Positions 34,098 to 44,994 of a stretch of 64,000 nt of DNA are shown one piece after another; the first letter of the stretch is position 1, and each line of letters begins with the position of its first letter. The stretch is taken from the NCBI GenBank assembly GCA_038143065.1, contig JAYQLI010000035.1, forward strand, positions 576,001-640,000, written 5' to 3'. The position numbers and the translations under genes are program-made. The DNA is from Rhodospirillales bacterium (GTDB lineage: Bacteria > Pseudomonadota > Alphaproteobacteria > Bin95). The notes beneath the pieces are model-generated. The model was not told the DNA's origin. It did not search any database and saw nothing but the letters and a program-made list of their open reading frames with translations.

Positions 34098-34563
34098 TTA
34101 ACCTTTTCCCCTCGACAGTATGTCATGCCGCTCGCGGATATGAGCTGGCCATTGCGCCTTAATAAAAGCCAAAACTGACAAAATTTCCTTATCAGATAAT
34201 AATTCCTCATAGCCTAACATATCTGTTTGATAGCCAGGGGGAGCAAAAGCTGCTGTCCCATACTTTGTAATCTCGAAGAGTTCTCCATCAGGGTGATGCC
34301 AAGTATGCCCTTCCTCATTATGTGGAGGTGCAGGTAGCCTACCGTTGGCTTTACGCTCACGCCAATTACGCTGACCTTCAAGATTTTTGCCATGACAGCT
34401 CGCACATGCATTTGCATATATGATACCGCCTTGAGCGACAGCCGCATGGTCATCGTATGGGGATCCTCACAGTCTCAGGTCTATTTTGATGAAAGACCCC
34501 TGCCCCTTGAAGGATCGCTAAAACGGAACCAATTGCGGCGAGAGCCAAGATAGCCCATTTCAT
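34098..34563 (-). CDS. Monoheme c-type cytochrome (absent from the ORF track; C-run frameshift near 34460)
   Basis: Manual translation: MKWAILALAAIGSVLAILQG.., then YANACASCHGKNLEG..LPAPPHNEEGHTWHHPD..TDMLGY..FIKAQWP..*; CxxCH plus a distal Met. Confidence 0.85.
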
Positions 34564-34689
34564 CTTTACGCTTCCATGTTGCCTCAAAAGAGATATTTGA
34601 CGATAAATAGATGACGTCAAGGCATGTTTATCTTTACCGCTTAATTAGTCATGCCTAATCTCTAGGCTCATTTATTGGAGATAAGCTTT

Positions 34690-36327
34690 ATGAACGGCGG
34701 GGAAGCATTAGTTGAAACATTATTAGCATGGGGGGTAGATGCTGCATTTTCTGTACCTGGAGAGAGTTACCTGCCAATCTTAAGAGCGGCACAGCGTAAC
34801 TCAAATCGCATCCGATTAATTACCCCAAGGCATGAGTCAGGAGTTACTTTCGCTACTGAGGCGTACGGAAAGTTAACCGGCCGTCCCGCAGTTGGCCTTG
34901 TAAGCCGCGGTCCTGGAGCAACAAACGCCTCGATTGGTGTTCATACGGCACGGCAAGACTCCACCCCGATGCTTTTGATTGTTGGCCATGTCCCTACTGC
35001 CACTAAAGGTCGTGAAGCCTTTCAAGAAATTGACTATCATCAAATGTTTGGAGCAGTAGCAAAGGCGGTTTTTGAGCCAGAACACTCTGCACAAGTTGCA
35101 GAGATTACCGCAAGGGCACTAGCTATTGCCACCAGTGGGCGTCCTGGACCAGTAGTTATCGTGATGCCAAAAGACATCACGGAGGGGGATGCCGGTGAAC
35201 CAAAAATCCCAACACCCATTCCCAGGGCAGTTAGTGCACCGGTATCACAAGCTATTAAAGCAGCGGCGAGCTTGATTGATAAAGCAGAACGCCCGATGGT
35301 TATTGCAGGAGAAATGGTTACAAACGAAGGTGCTCAGTCAGCTTTAATTCAATTTGCAAACTCCACTGGTTGTGCCGTCTCCAGCGCATATCGACGACAG
35401 GATGCAATAAACAATGATCATCCAGCCTATGCCGGACATTTAGAAATCAACCGGGTTAATTGGCAGGAAAAGGCGTTTGCTGATGCTGATCTGATAATCG
35501 CTGTCGGAGCGCGTATGGATGGTATCACTTCACTTGAATTCAGTTTGGTGCGCGATGACCAAGCGTTTATTCATATTTTCCCCGATCCGGATGTACTCGC
35601 AAGGTTGCCGCATACATTGGGACTTCCCACCGACGTTGGTCCAACCTTAACCGCATTATCAGAAGCAGTGTCTCCGCCGTCCAAGGATAGACTCAGTTGG
35701 CGGGATCAAGTTCACTTCTCCTATCTCGAGTTTGCAATTCCTGGTGAAATACAAGTCAAAGGACCAGTCGACATGGCTGTATGTGTCCAGGAAGCTCAAC
35801 AACAGCTAAACGATGACGCAGTCATTCTTACAGATAGTGGTACATTTGCTCGTTGGGTACATCGTTACTACAAATTTAGATCCCCACGTACCCAAGCCGG
35901 GCCAATGTGCGGGGCAATGGGTTATGCGGTCCCAGGAGCCATTGGAGCTGCTGTAGCTCGGCCAAATGCACAAATAGTCGCTTTTGTGGGCGATGGTGGA
36001 TTTCAAATGACTGGGCAAGAGCTTATGACAGCGGTAGCTCACGATCTCCCTATAAAAGTAGTAGTTGCTGATAACGGATCTTGGGGATCAATTATGGTTT
36101 CGCAGCAACGAAGATATGGGGATGAAGGTATTTATGGAACGCGCTTAGCTGCCCCCGATTTCGCTGCGATCGCAAAAGCTTACGGCATGAAATCATGGCG
36201 TGTGGAAGCAACCGAGCAGTTTAAAGGAGCCTTTAGCGAAGCACTTGCTCATGATGGGCCTGCCCTAGTCCATTTAGTTCTAGACGAGAGAGATATTTCT
36301 CCATTCGTTGCTGAGCAATCAGTTTAA
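34690..36327 (+). CDS. ThDP-dependent enzyme, acetolactate-synthase-like (second paralog)
   Basis: FSVPGESYL, RHESG, SRGPGATNASIGVHTARQDSTP, REAFQE, VGDGGFQM..DNGSWG. Confidence 0.9.
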   Translation: MNGGEALVETLLAWGVDAAFSVPGESYLPILRAAQRNSNRIRLITPRHESGVTFATEAYGKLTGRPAVGLVSRGPGATNASIGVHTARQDSTPMLLIVGHVPTATKGREAFQEIDYHQMFGAVAKAVFEPEHSAQVAEITARALAIATSGRPGPVVIVMPKDITEGDAGEPKIPTPIPRAVSAPVSQAIKAAASLIDKAERPMVIAGEMVTNEGAQSALIQFANSTGCAVSSAYRRQDAINNDHPAYAGHLEINRVNWQEKAFADADLIIAVGARMDGITSLEFSLVRDDQAFIHIFPDPDVLARLPHTLGLPTDVGPTLTALSEAVSPPSKDRLSWRDQVHFSYLEFAIPGEIQVKGPVDMAVCVQEAQQQLNDDAVILTDSGTFARWVHRYYKFRSPRTQAGPMCGAMGYAVPGAIGAAVARPNAQIVAFVGDGGFQMTGQELMTAVAHDLPIKVVVADNGSWGSIMVSQQRRYGDEGIYGTRLAAPDFAAIAKAYGMKSWRVEATEQFKGAFSEALAHDGPALVHLVLDERDISPFVAEQSV

Positions 36328-36359
36328 AATAAAATTAGTCTATTTCTGTTAAGAAAGAC

Positions 36360-36389
36360 GCTGATTAGCCCAAATTCTGGGCTGATAGC
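36360..36389 (+). terminator. Candidate hairpin downstream of the ThDP enzyme
   Basis: AGCCCA-AATTC-TGGGCT core with extendable flanks; no clear U-tract. Confidence 0.3.
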
Positions 36390-36560
36390 GGCCCCTAACT
36401 TTGTAATCGGGCCAGAAATCAACCATGCCTCTATTTTTCATTAGGTGAAGAATTTTGTAAAAGTCTTGAATTCAGAGAGCATATCAGGACACTGTTTAGT
36501 GCATCTATGCATTTCCCGGTCAGATGTACATTGGTTAGTTTGAAAAATGCGTTTCTAGGA

Positions 36561-37298
36561 ATGATGAACACGTTAAAGGCATACATTTCCCGGTCACTTT
36601 TTCCGGATGAAGGTGATAAGTCGACAATATTAGAACGTGCTTTATCAGTCGTTATTTTTTTAGCGATTGCTTTGATGGTTCTATACACGGAGCCTCATAT
36701 TCGGTCTAACCTGAAACCTTGGATGCAGACCATTGATTTTATTATTTTTTTAATATTTCTTACTGAATATATTTTGAGAATTTGCTATTGTGGTCGCTTA
36801 AGGAAATACAAGGGTTTTAAAGGTAAAGTAAAATACATTTTTAGTCCGTTAGCGATAGCCGACTTGCTAGCTATTTTACCTAATATCTTATTCTTTGTTG
36901 CTGAAGATCTCGTTTTATTCCGGCTAATTAGGCTCTTCCGTATGCTGAGGATTATAAGATTAGTCCAGAGGAATAGACCTCTTGTGTTGTTTGCTGAATC
37001 GATAATTGCATCTTGGCCGCAGTTAGCGGCAAGTTTAGTTGTTACAATCTTTATGCTCTTCTTATCATCAATACTCCTCTACTTTGTAGAAGGAAACGTC
37101 CAGCCTGAGGCATTTGGAAGTATTCCCAGAGCAATGTGGTGGGCAATGGCTACACTGACTACGGTAGGTTATGGTGATGTCTATCCTATCACCGTAATTG
37201 GCAAGATTTGTGCAGGAGTTGTTGCATTAGTTAGTATCGGGGTCGTAGCTCTGCCTGCTGGCATAATAGCTGCTAATTTTTCAAAAAAATTAAACTAA
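36561..37298 (+). CDS. Voltage-gated potassium channel (6TM)
   Basis: S4 Arg repeat FRLIRLFRMLRIIRL; pore AMWWAMATLTTVGYGDVYP. Confidence 0.92.
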   Translation: MMNTLKAYISRSLFPDEGDKSTILERALSVVIFLAIALMVLYTEPHIRSNLKPWMQTIDFIIFLIFLTEYILRICYCGRLRKYKGFKGKVKYIFSPLAIADLLAILPNILFFVAEDLVLFRLIRLFRMLRIIRLVQRNRPLVLFAESIIASWPQLAASLVVTIFMLFLSSILLYFVEGNVQPEAFGSIPRAMWWAMATLTTVGYGDVYPITVIGKICAGVVALVSIGVVALPAGIIAANFSKKLN

Positions 37299-37386
37299 AA
37301 TAGGGTTTTATGTAATAATACTTTTTATAATTATGAAGATTTGAATTTTTTAAATACCCGCCACTTGGGGGAGGCAACCGAACGTC

Positions 37387-38638
37387 ATGAGCGGTATTCA
37401 ACGCAATTTAGGTGTTAACAAGTCCAGACTCTGGAACATGCACTTAGAGATGGCAAAGATTGGACCCGGTGTAGCTGGTGGTAACAATCGCCAAGCATTG
37501 ACTGACGATGATCGTATAGGCCGAGACCTATTCAAGAAATGGTGCGAAGCAGCTGACATGACAGTTTCAACTGACACGATGGGCAATATGTTCGCACGAC
37601 GATCCGGTAAGGACCAAACTCTATCGCCAGTACTGGCAGGCAGTCATCTAGACACACAGCCAACAGGAGGACGGTTTGATGGAGTTTTTGGAGTATTAGC
37701 AGCCCTAGAGGCCGTACAAACGATGAATGATCTGGGCATTCAAACAGAACGTCCAATTGAAGTAGTCAATTGGACCAACGAAGAAGGCTCCAGATTTGGA
37801 CCGCCAATGATGGGATCAGCTGTTTTTCTCTGGAGCTCTACGTGAGGCCGACGCCAAAGCAACCAAAGACCAGGATGGTTTTACTATGGGAGAGGCACTC
37901 AAAGAGATTAATTATGCAGGAAAAGATCCCACTCAATCTCGCCCAGTACATGCATTTATAGAGTGTCACATTGAGCAAGGCCCTTACTTAGAACGTGAGG
38001 ATAAAGCAATTGGGGTAGTAACTGGTGTTCAAGCAATGCGCTGGTACAAAGCACGTGTGCTTGGAGAGGCGAGGCATGCCGGTACAACACCCCCTTCCTC
38101 ACGAAAAGACGCATTAACAGCAGCTGCTAAACTCGTTCTCAAAATTGATGAAATTATGCAACAACGCGGAGATGCCGGTAGATGCACTGTGGGCATACTT
38201 CAGGCATTTCCGGGGTCTCCAAATGTATGCCCTGATCGGGTTGAGTTCACTGTTGATATGCGAAACCCAACATCCGAAGAACTCAATAAAATGGATCGCG
38301 AGTTAAGAAGAGCTGCAGAGGATTTATACATAGATACTGGCTGCGGAGTGGAAATAGAGGAAATATGGTTTTCAGAACCAGTACATTTTGACCAAACATG
38401 TATAGATGCCATTCGACGCGGTGCTAACGAACACGATCATCCCTGGCGTGATATTATGTCTGGAGCTGGTCATGACGCCGTAAATATGGCTCGGATTGCA
38501 CCATCTGCAATGATCTTTATTCCCTGTAAAGATGGCATCAGTCACAACGAAGCGGAGTATTCTTCACCAGAGGCAATTGCTGCAGGGGCAGATGTACTCT
38601 TATCGACCTTGTTAGAACTTGCCGGACCCACCACCTAA
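37387..38638 (+). CDS. M20 Zn-dependent hydrolase (N-carbamoyl-amino-acid amidohydrolase / beta-ureidopropionase-like); frameshift near 37830
   Basis: GSHLDTQPTGGRFDG, WTNEEGSRF, ECHIEQGP, HAGTTP, SGAGHDA, GISHNEAE. Confidence 0.9.
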
Positions 38639-38697
38639 CACTTCTTGTTAAATCATTGAATTGTTGCCGGTTTTAAGAAATTCTTGGGAATTAAATA

Positions 38698-39960
38698 TTA
38701 CTGTAATTTAAACCGATTAGTCATTCTAGTAGCCATCAACCAAGACAGGCCACACATAGTCAATGCAGTAACAAGACATAAAGTAAGTCCTCCAAACTGG
38801 AAGCTTAGTCCGGATAACAGTGTCCCTAAAAGGCGCCCAGCCGCGTTGGACATATAGTAGAAACCAACATTCATAGTGACACGACTAGAATTGCTAAACG
38901 CTAATATGAGAAAGCTATGAAGTGCGGAATTTAGCGCAAACACTGCACCGAACAGCATTAGACCCAATACAAGACTAATAGAGAGCCATATCTCACCGTT
39001 ATTCCCAAATATTGAAGCACCTACTAATAACATCGGGATTACAGTAAGAATCCCAGCCCATGTGCAGGTAAGCCTCACAAGTATTTCTAATGGCTTGTCT
39101 TTTGCTCTGAGAAGACCAGGAGCTGCTGCTTGTATAGCTCCATATCCAACTATCCATAAAGCCATCCCTCCCCCCACAATAAAAAAGGACTCTCGAGGTG
39201 TAAGGTTAAAATCACCTGTAAGAACAGCGTGAAAATAAATTGGAATCCCAACAACAAACCAAACGTCCCTTGCACCAAACAAGAAGAAACGGGCTGCTGA
39301 TAAACGATTAATATTGCTATCGTTGGAGAAAACCTGGGAAAATTTTGCTTTCTTATTACCAACTGGGAGCCCTGGGGGCATAAAAATTAAGGCTCCCAGT
39401 AGAATGATTAAAAGCCCGACGGCCATTCCTAGAGTGACTACATTAAAATCAAAAGCAGCTAGTAAAGCCGCCCCCACGAAAAAACCAAATCCTTTAAATG
39501 CATTTTTACTTCCGGTAAGAGCAGTAACCCATTTAAAGAGTTGATTATTTCCTTCGTTAGGAGAAAGTAACTTCACTGCGCTTTTAGAGCTCATCTTAGT
39601 TAGGTCTTTGGCTACGCCTGATAGTCCTTGGGCGGCCATTACAAAAATAACTGAGGTGCTGACAGCCCAAGTTGGATCAAGTTGACTCAAGCCCATAAGC
39701 GCAGAAATTTGGAGGAATAAACCACCGTAAAGAGTTTTAGAAAGCCCAAACCTAGCGGCAATCCAACCAGCCGATAAATTGGTTACAATGCCCATAAACT
39801 CATACAGTAGAAACAAATAAGCAAGTTGAATTGGGTGAAACCCAAGGCTATGGAAATGCAGGAGCACAAGCATACGTAATGCCCCATCAGTCAGCATAAA
39901 CGCCCAATAGGCTGCAGTAACTGTTATGTAAGCACCAAATCCGTCTGGTCTTTTTGTCAA
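38698..39960 (-). CDS. arsJ: Organoarsenical efflux MFS transporter ArsJ
   Basis: [73 protein letters not shown]; overlaps the GAPDH stop. Confidence 0.92.
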   Translation of the reverse strand: MTKRPDGFGAYITVTAAYWAFMLTDGALRMLVLLHFHSLGFHPIQLAYLFLLYEFMGIVTNLSAGWIAARFGLSKTLYGGLFLQISALMGLSQLDPTWAVSTSVIFVMAAQGLSGVAKDLTKMSSKSAVKLLSPNEGNNQLFKWVTALTGSKNAFKGFGFFVGAALLAAFDFNVVTLGMAVGLLIILLGALIFMPPGLPVGNKKAKFSQVFSNDSNINRLSAARFFLFGARDVWFVVGIPIYFHAVLTGDFNLTPRESFFIVGGGMALWIVGYGAIQAAAPGLLRAKDKPLEILVRLTCTWAGILTVIPMLLVGASIFGNNGEIWLSISLVLGLMLFGAVFALNSALHSFLILAFSNSSRVTMNVGFYYMSNAAGRLLGTLLSGLSFQFGGLTLCLVTALTMCGLSWLMATRMTNRFKLQ

Positions 39961-40982
39961 CCAGGATCTCCTATAGAACCAGCCACCATGCTGGTTAACT
40001 CAGCCATACGATTGGCGTACCCCCATTCATTATCATACCAGACTAACACTTTCACTTGTGTTTTATCGACAACCATAGTGGATGGGGCATCGATAATTCC
40101 AGACCGTGGATCATTTACGAAGTCTACGGATACTAATGGCCGTGTTTCATAACCTAAAATACCATTTAAGGGTCCCTCAGAGGCTGACTTCAAAGCAGAA
40201 TTGACTTCCTCAACAGTTGTTCCGCGTTCAACTTCAAAAACACAGTCGGTCAGGGACGCATTGAGTAACGGTACACGAACAGCTAATCCATTTAATTTAC
40301 CCTTCAATTCTGGATAGATCATGGTAATTGCGGTCGCTGATCCAGTAGAAGTTGGAATGAGGGAATTCAGTGCAGATCTCGCTCGACGGAGATCTTTATG
40401 CCCTGTATCCGCTATTCGCTGAGTGTTTGTTACATCATGTATTGTCGTTATAACACCGTGCTTTATTCCAAAGGTTTCATGTATTACCTTAACGACTGGC
40501 GCCAAACAGTTAGTGGTGCAGCTAGCAGCAGTTAAAACGCTATGCTGGTCAGCTTTGTATTCATGATGATTGATACCATAGACAATGTTGAGAGCTCCTT
40601 CTTTGACGGGCGCAGCAACAATTACCTTTTTAACTCCAGCGGAAAAATAAGAATTAAGGGAACTAATATCTCTAAATTTTCCAGTGCTTTCTATAACAAT
40701 ATCGCAGTCCCAGGCTTTCCAAGGAGCTTCAGAAATAGTCGGAAAAGAAGAGTAACCAATTGTTTTTTCGTCGATATTTATATGAGTACTTACAGAGGAA
40801 ATAGTCCTCTCCCAACTTCCATGTACGGAATCGAATTCAAGCAGATGAGCAGACATTGCCGCATCACCTGATATTTCGTTAATTCCTACCCATTCTATGT
40901 CTGGAAGATCAAAGCCTGATCTTAAAACAAGCCTTCCTATTCTGCCGAAGCCATTGATACCAACCCGGACTGCCATACGCAC
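39957..40982 (-). CDS. ArsJ-associated glyceraldehyde-3-phosphate dehydrogenase
   Basis: [45 protein letters not shown]; translationally coupled to arsJ. Confidence 0.92.
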   Translation of the reverse strand: MRMAVRVGINGFGRIGRLVLRSGFDLPDIEWVGINEISGDAAMSAHLLEFDSVHGSWERTISSVSTHINIDEKTIGYSSFPTISEAPWKAWDCDIVIESTGKFRDISSLNSYFSAGVKKVIVAAPVKEGALNIVYGINHHEYKADQHSVLTAASCTTNCLAPVVKVIHETFGIKHGVITTIHDVTNTQRIADTGHKDLRRARSALNSLIPTSTGSATAITMIYPELKGKLNGLAVRVPLLNASLTDCVFEVERGTTVEEVNSALKSASEGPLNGILGYETRPLVSVDFVNDPRSGIIDAPSTMVVDKTQVKVLVWYDNEWGYANRMAELTSMVAGSIGDPG

Positions 40983-41052
40983 TCCCCCTCTGAACAGGCT
41001 TGAGTTTAGAGATGAATGATTGCAGTTTTTTTACATTGTATTGCTAAAAACA

Positions 41053-42418
41053 TCAGTAAGCATGAACCTGATATATTGGCTCAACAGACTGGCCCCACTC
41101 TTCTTCGAAACTTAATAACAGATGATCCGCCGGTGTTTTTCCTGAAGCAACGATTTGATCAAGCATGTCAAGAAAGTGAGCCTCATTAGCACCTGCACTA
41201 TCAATACGTGCCCTAGAATTTAAGCCATCACGAGCGATGCGTAAAACATCTTTAGCGATATCCTGTAAACTATGCTCACCCATCCTAGCCTTCAGTCCAA
41301 CTAATGGGGCATCATTCCGGAGACGCAGTCTATCTTCGGAATTCCAATCTTTGATTAGAGAGAGCGCAGCCTTTTGCGCAGCATCATCATATAATAATCC
41401 AACCCAAAAAGCCGATAGTGCACAGATAGCAGACCAAGGCCCTCCATCAGCGCCCTCATCTCCAAAAAGCGTTTAAGCCTGACCTCCGGAAATGCAGTGG
41501 TAACATGATCAGACCAATCCCCCATATGGGGAATTTCACCCTTTAATTGAGGAAGGTTACCGGTCATAAACGCACGAAAACTCTCACCTGCAACGTCTAC
41601 GTAATTTCCATCACGGTAGGCAAAATACATTGGTACATCGAGCAGATAATCAACATATCTCTCAAAGCCAAAACCATCTTCAAAAACAAATTCAAGCATA
41701 CCGCAGCGATTAGGATCAGTATCTGTCCAAACATAAGACCGCTCGCTAACCCTGCCCGTTGGTGCCCCTTCTACAAATGGGGAATTTGCAAATAGAGCAG
41801 TTGCCAGTGGCTGTAATGCCAAACTGATACGGTATTTTTCAACCATATCCGCTTCGCTTCCAAAATCAAGATTGGACTGGATCGTACAAGTTCGGGTCAT
41901 CATATCGAGCCCACGTGTCCCAACCTTAGGCATATACCGACGCATTACTTTATATCGCCCCTTAGGCATCCAGGGCATATCAGCTTGAGTTCCGGTAGGA
42001 TCAAATCCAAGACCAATCATACCAAGACCAAGATCTGCACAAACTTCTCTAGACTCTTTCAAGTGAGAATTTGCTTCCGCACAGGTCTGATGAAGGGTCT
42101 CGACGGGAGCACCAGACAGCTCAAATTGTCCGCCTGGTTCTAAGGTAATGTTACAGCCATCTCTCGTGAGAGCTATTGTGTTTCCACCCTCCTCAATTTT
42201 ACTCCAGCCAAAACGGTCAGATAAGTTATTGAGAAGAGCTCCAATACTCTCTCTCCCTCGTAAGGAGCCCGAAGTTTACTCTCCAGATCAAACACAAACT
42301 TTTCATGCTCTGTGCCCACACGCCAATCTACTTTTGGTTTGACGCCTGCCTCTAGCCACTCCACTAATTGCCTTTTTGTTGTAATCGGGTCTCCGCCCGA
42401 GCTAGGAGGCGCTGCCAT
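41053..42418 (-). CDS. gshA: Glutamate--cysteine ligase, alphaproteobacterial/plant GCS2 type (multiple frameshifts)
   Basis: [23 protein letters not shown] (read manually near 42110-42150), [27 protein letters not shown]. Confidence 0.92.
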
Positions 42419-42427
42419 ACTTAATAC

Positions 42428-43201
42428 CTAATCCTCACTACCTCTAGCCGCACTGAAATCTCCAATTTTTGCCTGAGCTAGCACTAGGCCAGCTATAGCT
42501 GCTGTCTCAGCCCGCAATATCCGCGGCCCGAGACTAATTTTTCTGACAAATGGTATGTGTGAAAAACCATCTAATTCATCAGAAGTAAAGCCACCTTCTG
42601 GACCAATTAGCAAGCCATAAGAATTACTAGAATAACTATTTAGACTTTCCAGAATTGGAGGGGAGCATCCGGTTTCATCTCCCACAATTAAAATCCGTTC
42701 GTTAGGCCAATTAGATATCAAATCAGGTAAAGACACTGGTTCTTTTATTTTTGGTACATCTAGTCGCTCACTCTGTTCCGAAGCCTCAACTGCAATCCTC
42801 ACTAATCTCTCAATATTTATACGGTCCGAATTAGATCTGCTTGTACGTACTGGGAGCAGTTTGGAAACACCTAATTCAGTGGCTTTTTCGACAATTAATT
42901 CGGTTGGCCCACGCTTAATCATTGAAAATGCCAGCCAAGGTCCATTAGTCTGTTTTTGAATACGAACTCTTAAATCAAGTTTTAACGCCACCTTATCACG
43001 TCCCGTTTGAATCAGACTGGCTAGCCATTCTCCATCAGCTCCATTGAAAATACGTATTTGATCCCCATTTCCTCGACGCATCACATTTAATAAATAGCGT
43101 GACTGGTCACGATGCAGATTTATCACCTGACCTAAGCTAAGCTCGCTCTCGACAAACAACCGCGGCCCTCGATACACCAACAATTTATGCTTCGGATCCA
43201 T
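42428..43201 (-). CDS. rsmE: 16S rRNA m3U1498 methyltransferase
   Basis: YLLNVMR, EKATELGV, EASEQSER, LIGPEGGF, LGPRILRAETA. Confidence 0.95.
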   Translation of the reverse strand: MDPKHKLLVYRGPRLFVESELSLGQVINLHRDQSRYLLNVMRRGNGDQIRIFNGADGEWLASLIQTGRDKVALKLDLRVRIQKQTNGPWLAFSMIKRGPTELIVEKATELGVSKLLPVRTSRSNSDRINIERLVRIAVEASEQSERLDVPKIKEPVSLPDLISNWPNERILIVGDETGCSPPILESLNSYSSNSYGLLIGPEGGFTSDELDGFSHIPFVRKISLGPRILRAETAAIAGLVLAQAKIGDFSAARGSED

Positions 43202-43215
43202 ACAAGGCCTCCAAA

Positions 43216-44187
43216 ATGACTGGAAATAAATCTCTTCAAAAACCAGCGCACATTGAGCGAGCAAATAAAGCGTCTGATATCGTAAGCGAAAGTATCGTTT
43301 TTAGTCAGCTTCCTTCAAGTTGGCATCCTTATATTCGCCTCGCGAGATTAGACCGACCTATAGGAACTTGGTTATTGCTGATTCCATGTTGGCAAGGTCT
43401 AGCGTTGGCTTTTGCTTCAAGTCAATCGTCGTTGGATTGGCAGCTTATTTACTTCGCTATCCTTTTTGCTCTTGGCGCGGTTTTGATGCGCGGAGCAGGA
43501 TGCGCACTCAACGACATTGCGGATCGCAATATAGATGGAAAAATAGCTCGCACAGCACTTCGACCTATTCCGGCAGGCGACATAACTGTTCGACAAGCAA
43601 TAGTCTTTATGATGCTACTAATGTTTGGTGGTGCCTTAGTACTCATTCAGTTTAATTTACCAACCATAATTGTAGGCCTAGCGTCTCTGCCATTTGCAGC
43701 AATTTACCCTTTTATGAAGCGTTTTACTTGGTGGCCGCAACTCTTCCTCGGCATTGCCTTTAATTGGGGAATTCTTGTTGGTTGGACAGCCATCGTTGAG
43801 CAATTATCATGGCCCCCAATCGTTCTATATCTAGCTGGGGTGATGTGGACGCTGGGTTACGATACAATTTATGCCCATCAAGATAAGGAAGATGATGCTC
43901 TTGTTGGTGTGAAATCCACAGCGCGTCTTTTTCAAGCTAAAAGTAAATATTGGATTTCAGCATTTTATGTTTTGTCTATTCTTGGCACAGTCACTGCAGG
44001 TTTTCTAGCTGGCCTGTCGGCACTTCTAATTCTCTTTTTAACGCCATTTGCCTATCACCTAATACGTCAAAGCCTAAGAACCAATTTTAATGAACCAGCA
44101 GAATGCCTGTTGGCTTTTAAATCTAACCGCAATGCTGGGTTTCTGATGTTAGCAGGCATTATCTTGACGAAGTTATTTCAGGCATGA
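43216..44187 (+). CDS. ubiA: 4-hydroxybenzoate polyprenyltransferase
   Basis: RLDRPIGTWLL, NDIADRNID..RT..RP, YPFMKR, YDTIYAHQDKEDD. Confidence 0.95.
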   Translation: MTGNKSLQKPAHIERANKASDIVSESIVFSQLPSSWHPYIRLARLDRPIGTWLLLIPCWQGLALAFASSQSSLDWQLIYFAILFALGAVLMRGAGCALNDIADRNIDGKIARTALRPIPAGDITVRQAIVFMMLLMFGGALVLIQFNLPTIIVGLASLPFAAIYPFMKRFTWWPQLFLGIAFNWGILVGWTAIVEQLSWPPIVLYLAGVMWTLGYDTIYAHQDKEDDALVGVKSTARLFQAKSKYWISAFYVLSILGTVTAGFLAGLSALLILFLTPFAYHLIRQSLRTNFNEPAECLLAFKSNRNAGFLMLAGIILTKLFQA

Positions 44188-44843
44188 CGCCAAAGCAGAT
44201 CAGAAACTTTGTAAAGTCTCACGCCAATCTTTCACATCCAAGTCTTGTAGCAGAATTAAAACTCTGGCTTGCGGACGAGTCTACGGAATTATGGCTTGCG
44301 ACAGAGACAGCTCTCAATTCAATCAATTTACCACCGCCATTTTGGGCGTTTGCATGGTCAGGTGGGCAAGCCATTGCCCGTTTTATTATAGATAACCCTG
44401 AATTAATTTTTAAAAAACGTATACTCGACTTTGGTGCTGGTGGAGGCATCTGCTCATTGGCAGCTGCATATTCAGGATCTAAGGAGGTTGTCGCTGTTGC
44501 CCTCGATCCCTTTGCTGCAATCGTCCAAAGTATGAACAGCGAGGCCAATTCTTTAAAAATAGAAACCGTCACACAAAACGCGTCTGAACTTACCCTTGAT
44601 AATTTCGACATCATTCTTGCCGGGGACGTTTTTTATGACCGGATAGAGTCACGTATTGCAATGGAATTTCTTTTAGAAGCAGTGAAAAACGGAATAACCG
44701 TTTTTATTGGGGATCCAGGTCGAACGTACCTACCTGATTGGCTGAAAACACCAATCGCTAATTACTCAGTCCCAACATCAAAAGATTTAGAGCAGAAGAC
44801 AGTAACCAAAACCGATGTGTGGATGATAACTAACAAAGTTTAA
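44184..44843 (+). CDS. Class I SAM protein-lysine methyltransferase (METTL20/ETF-beta-KMT-like)
   Basis: PPPFWAFAWSGG, ILDFGAGGG, AGDVFYD, GDPGRTYLP. Confidence 0.78.
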   Translation: MTPKQIRNFVKSHANLSHPSLVAELKLWLADESTELWLATETALNSINLPPPFWAFAWSGGQAIARFIIDNPELIFKKRILDFGAGGGICSLAAAYSGSKEVVAVALDPFAAIVQSMNSEANSLKIETVTQNASELTLDNFDIILAGDVFYDRIESRIAMEFLLEAVKNGITVFIGDPGRTYLPDWLKTPIANYSVPTSKDLEQKTVTKTDVWMITNKV

Positions 44844-44994
44844 AGCTTTGAATAATGGCATTTATTGACGCTTGAGCCACTTACATTAGCCATTGACCAA
44901 TTAGCTCTAATAAATTTCTGCCAAATTTTTGCCTTCTAATCTTGCCTTAATAGAGAGTGAAAGGGATCATACAACTTGGCAATTGGCAGAATAG

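Noticed and set aside
36507-37340. AT-rich K+ channel region as a horizontally acquired island
   Set aside because: No integrase, tRNA, IS or flanking repeats; membrane-protein codon bias can explain the composition.
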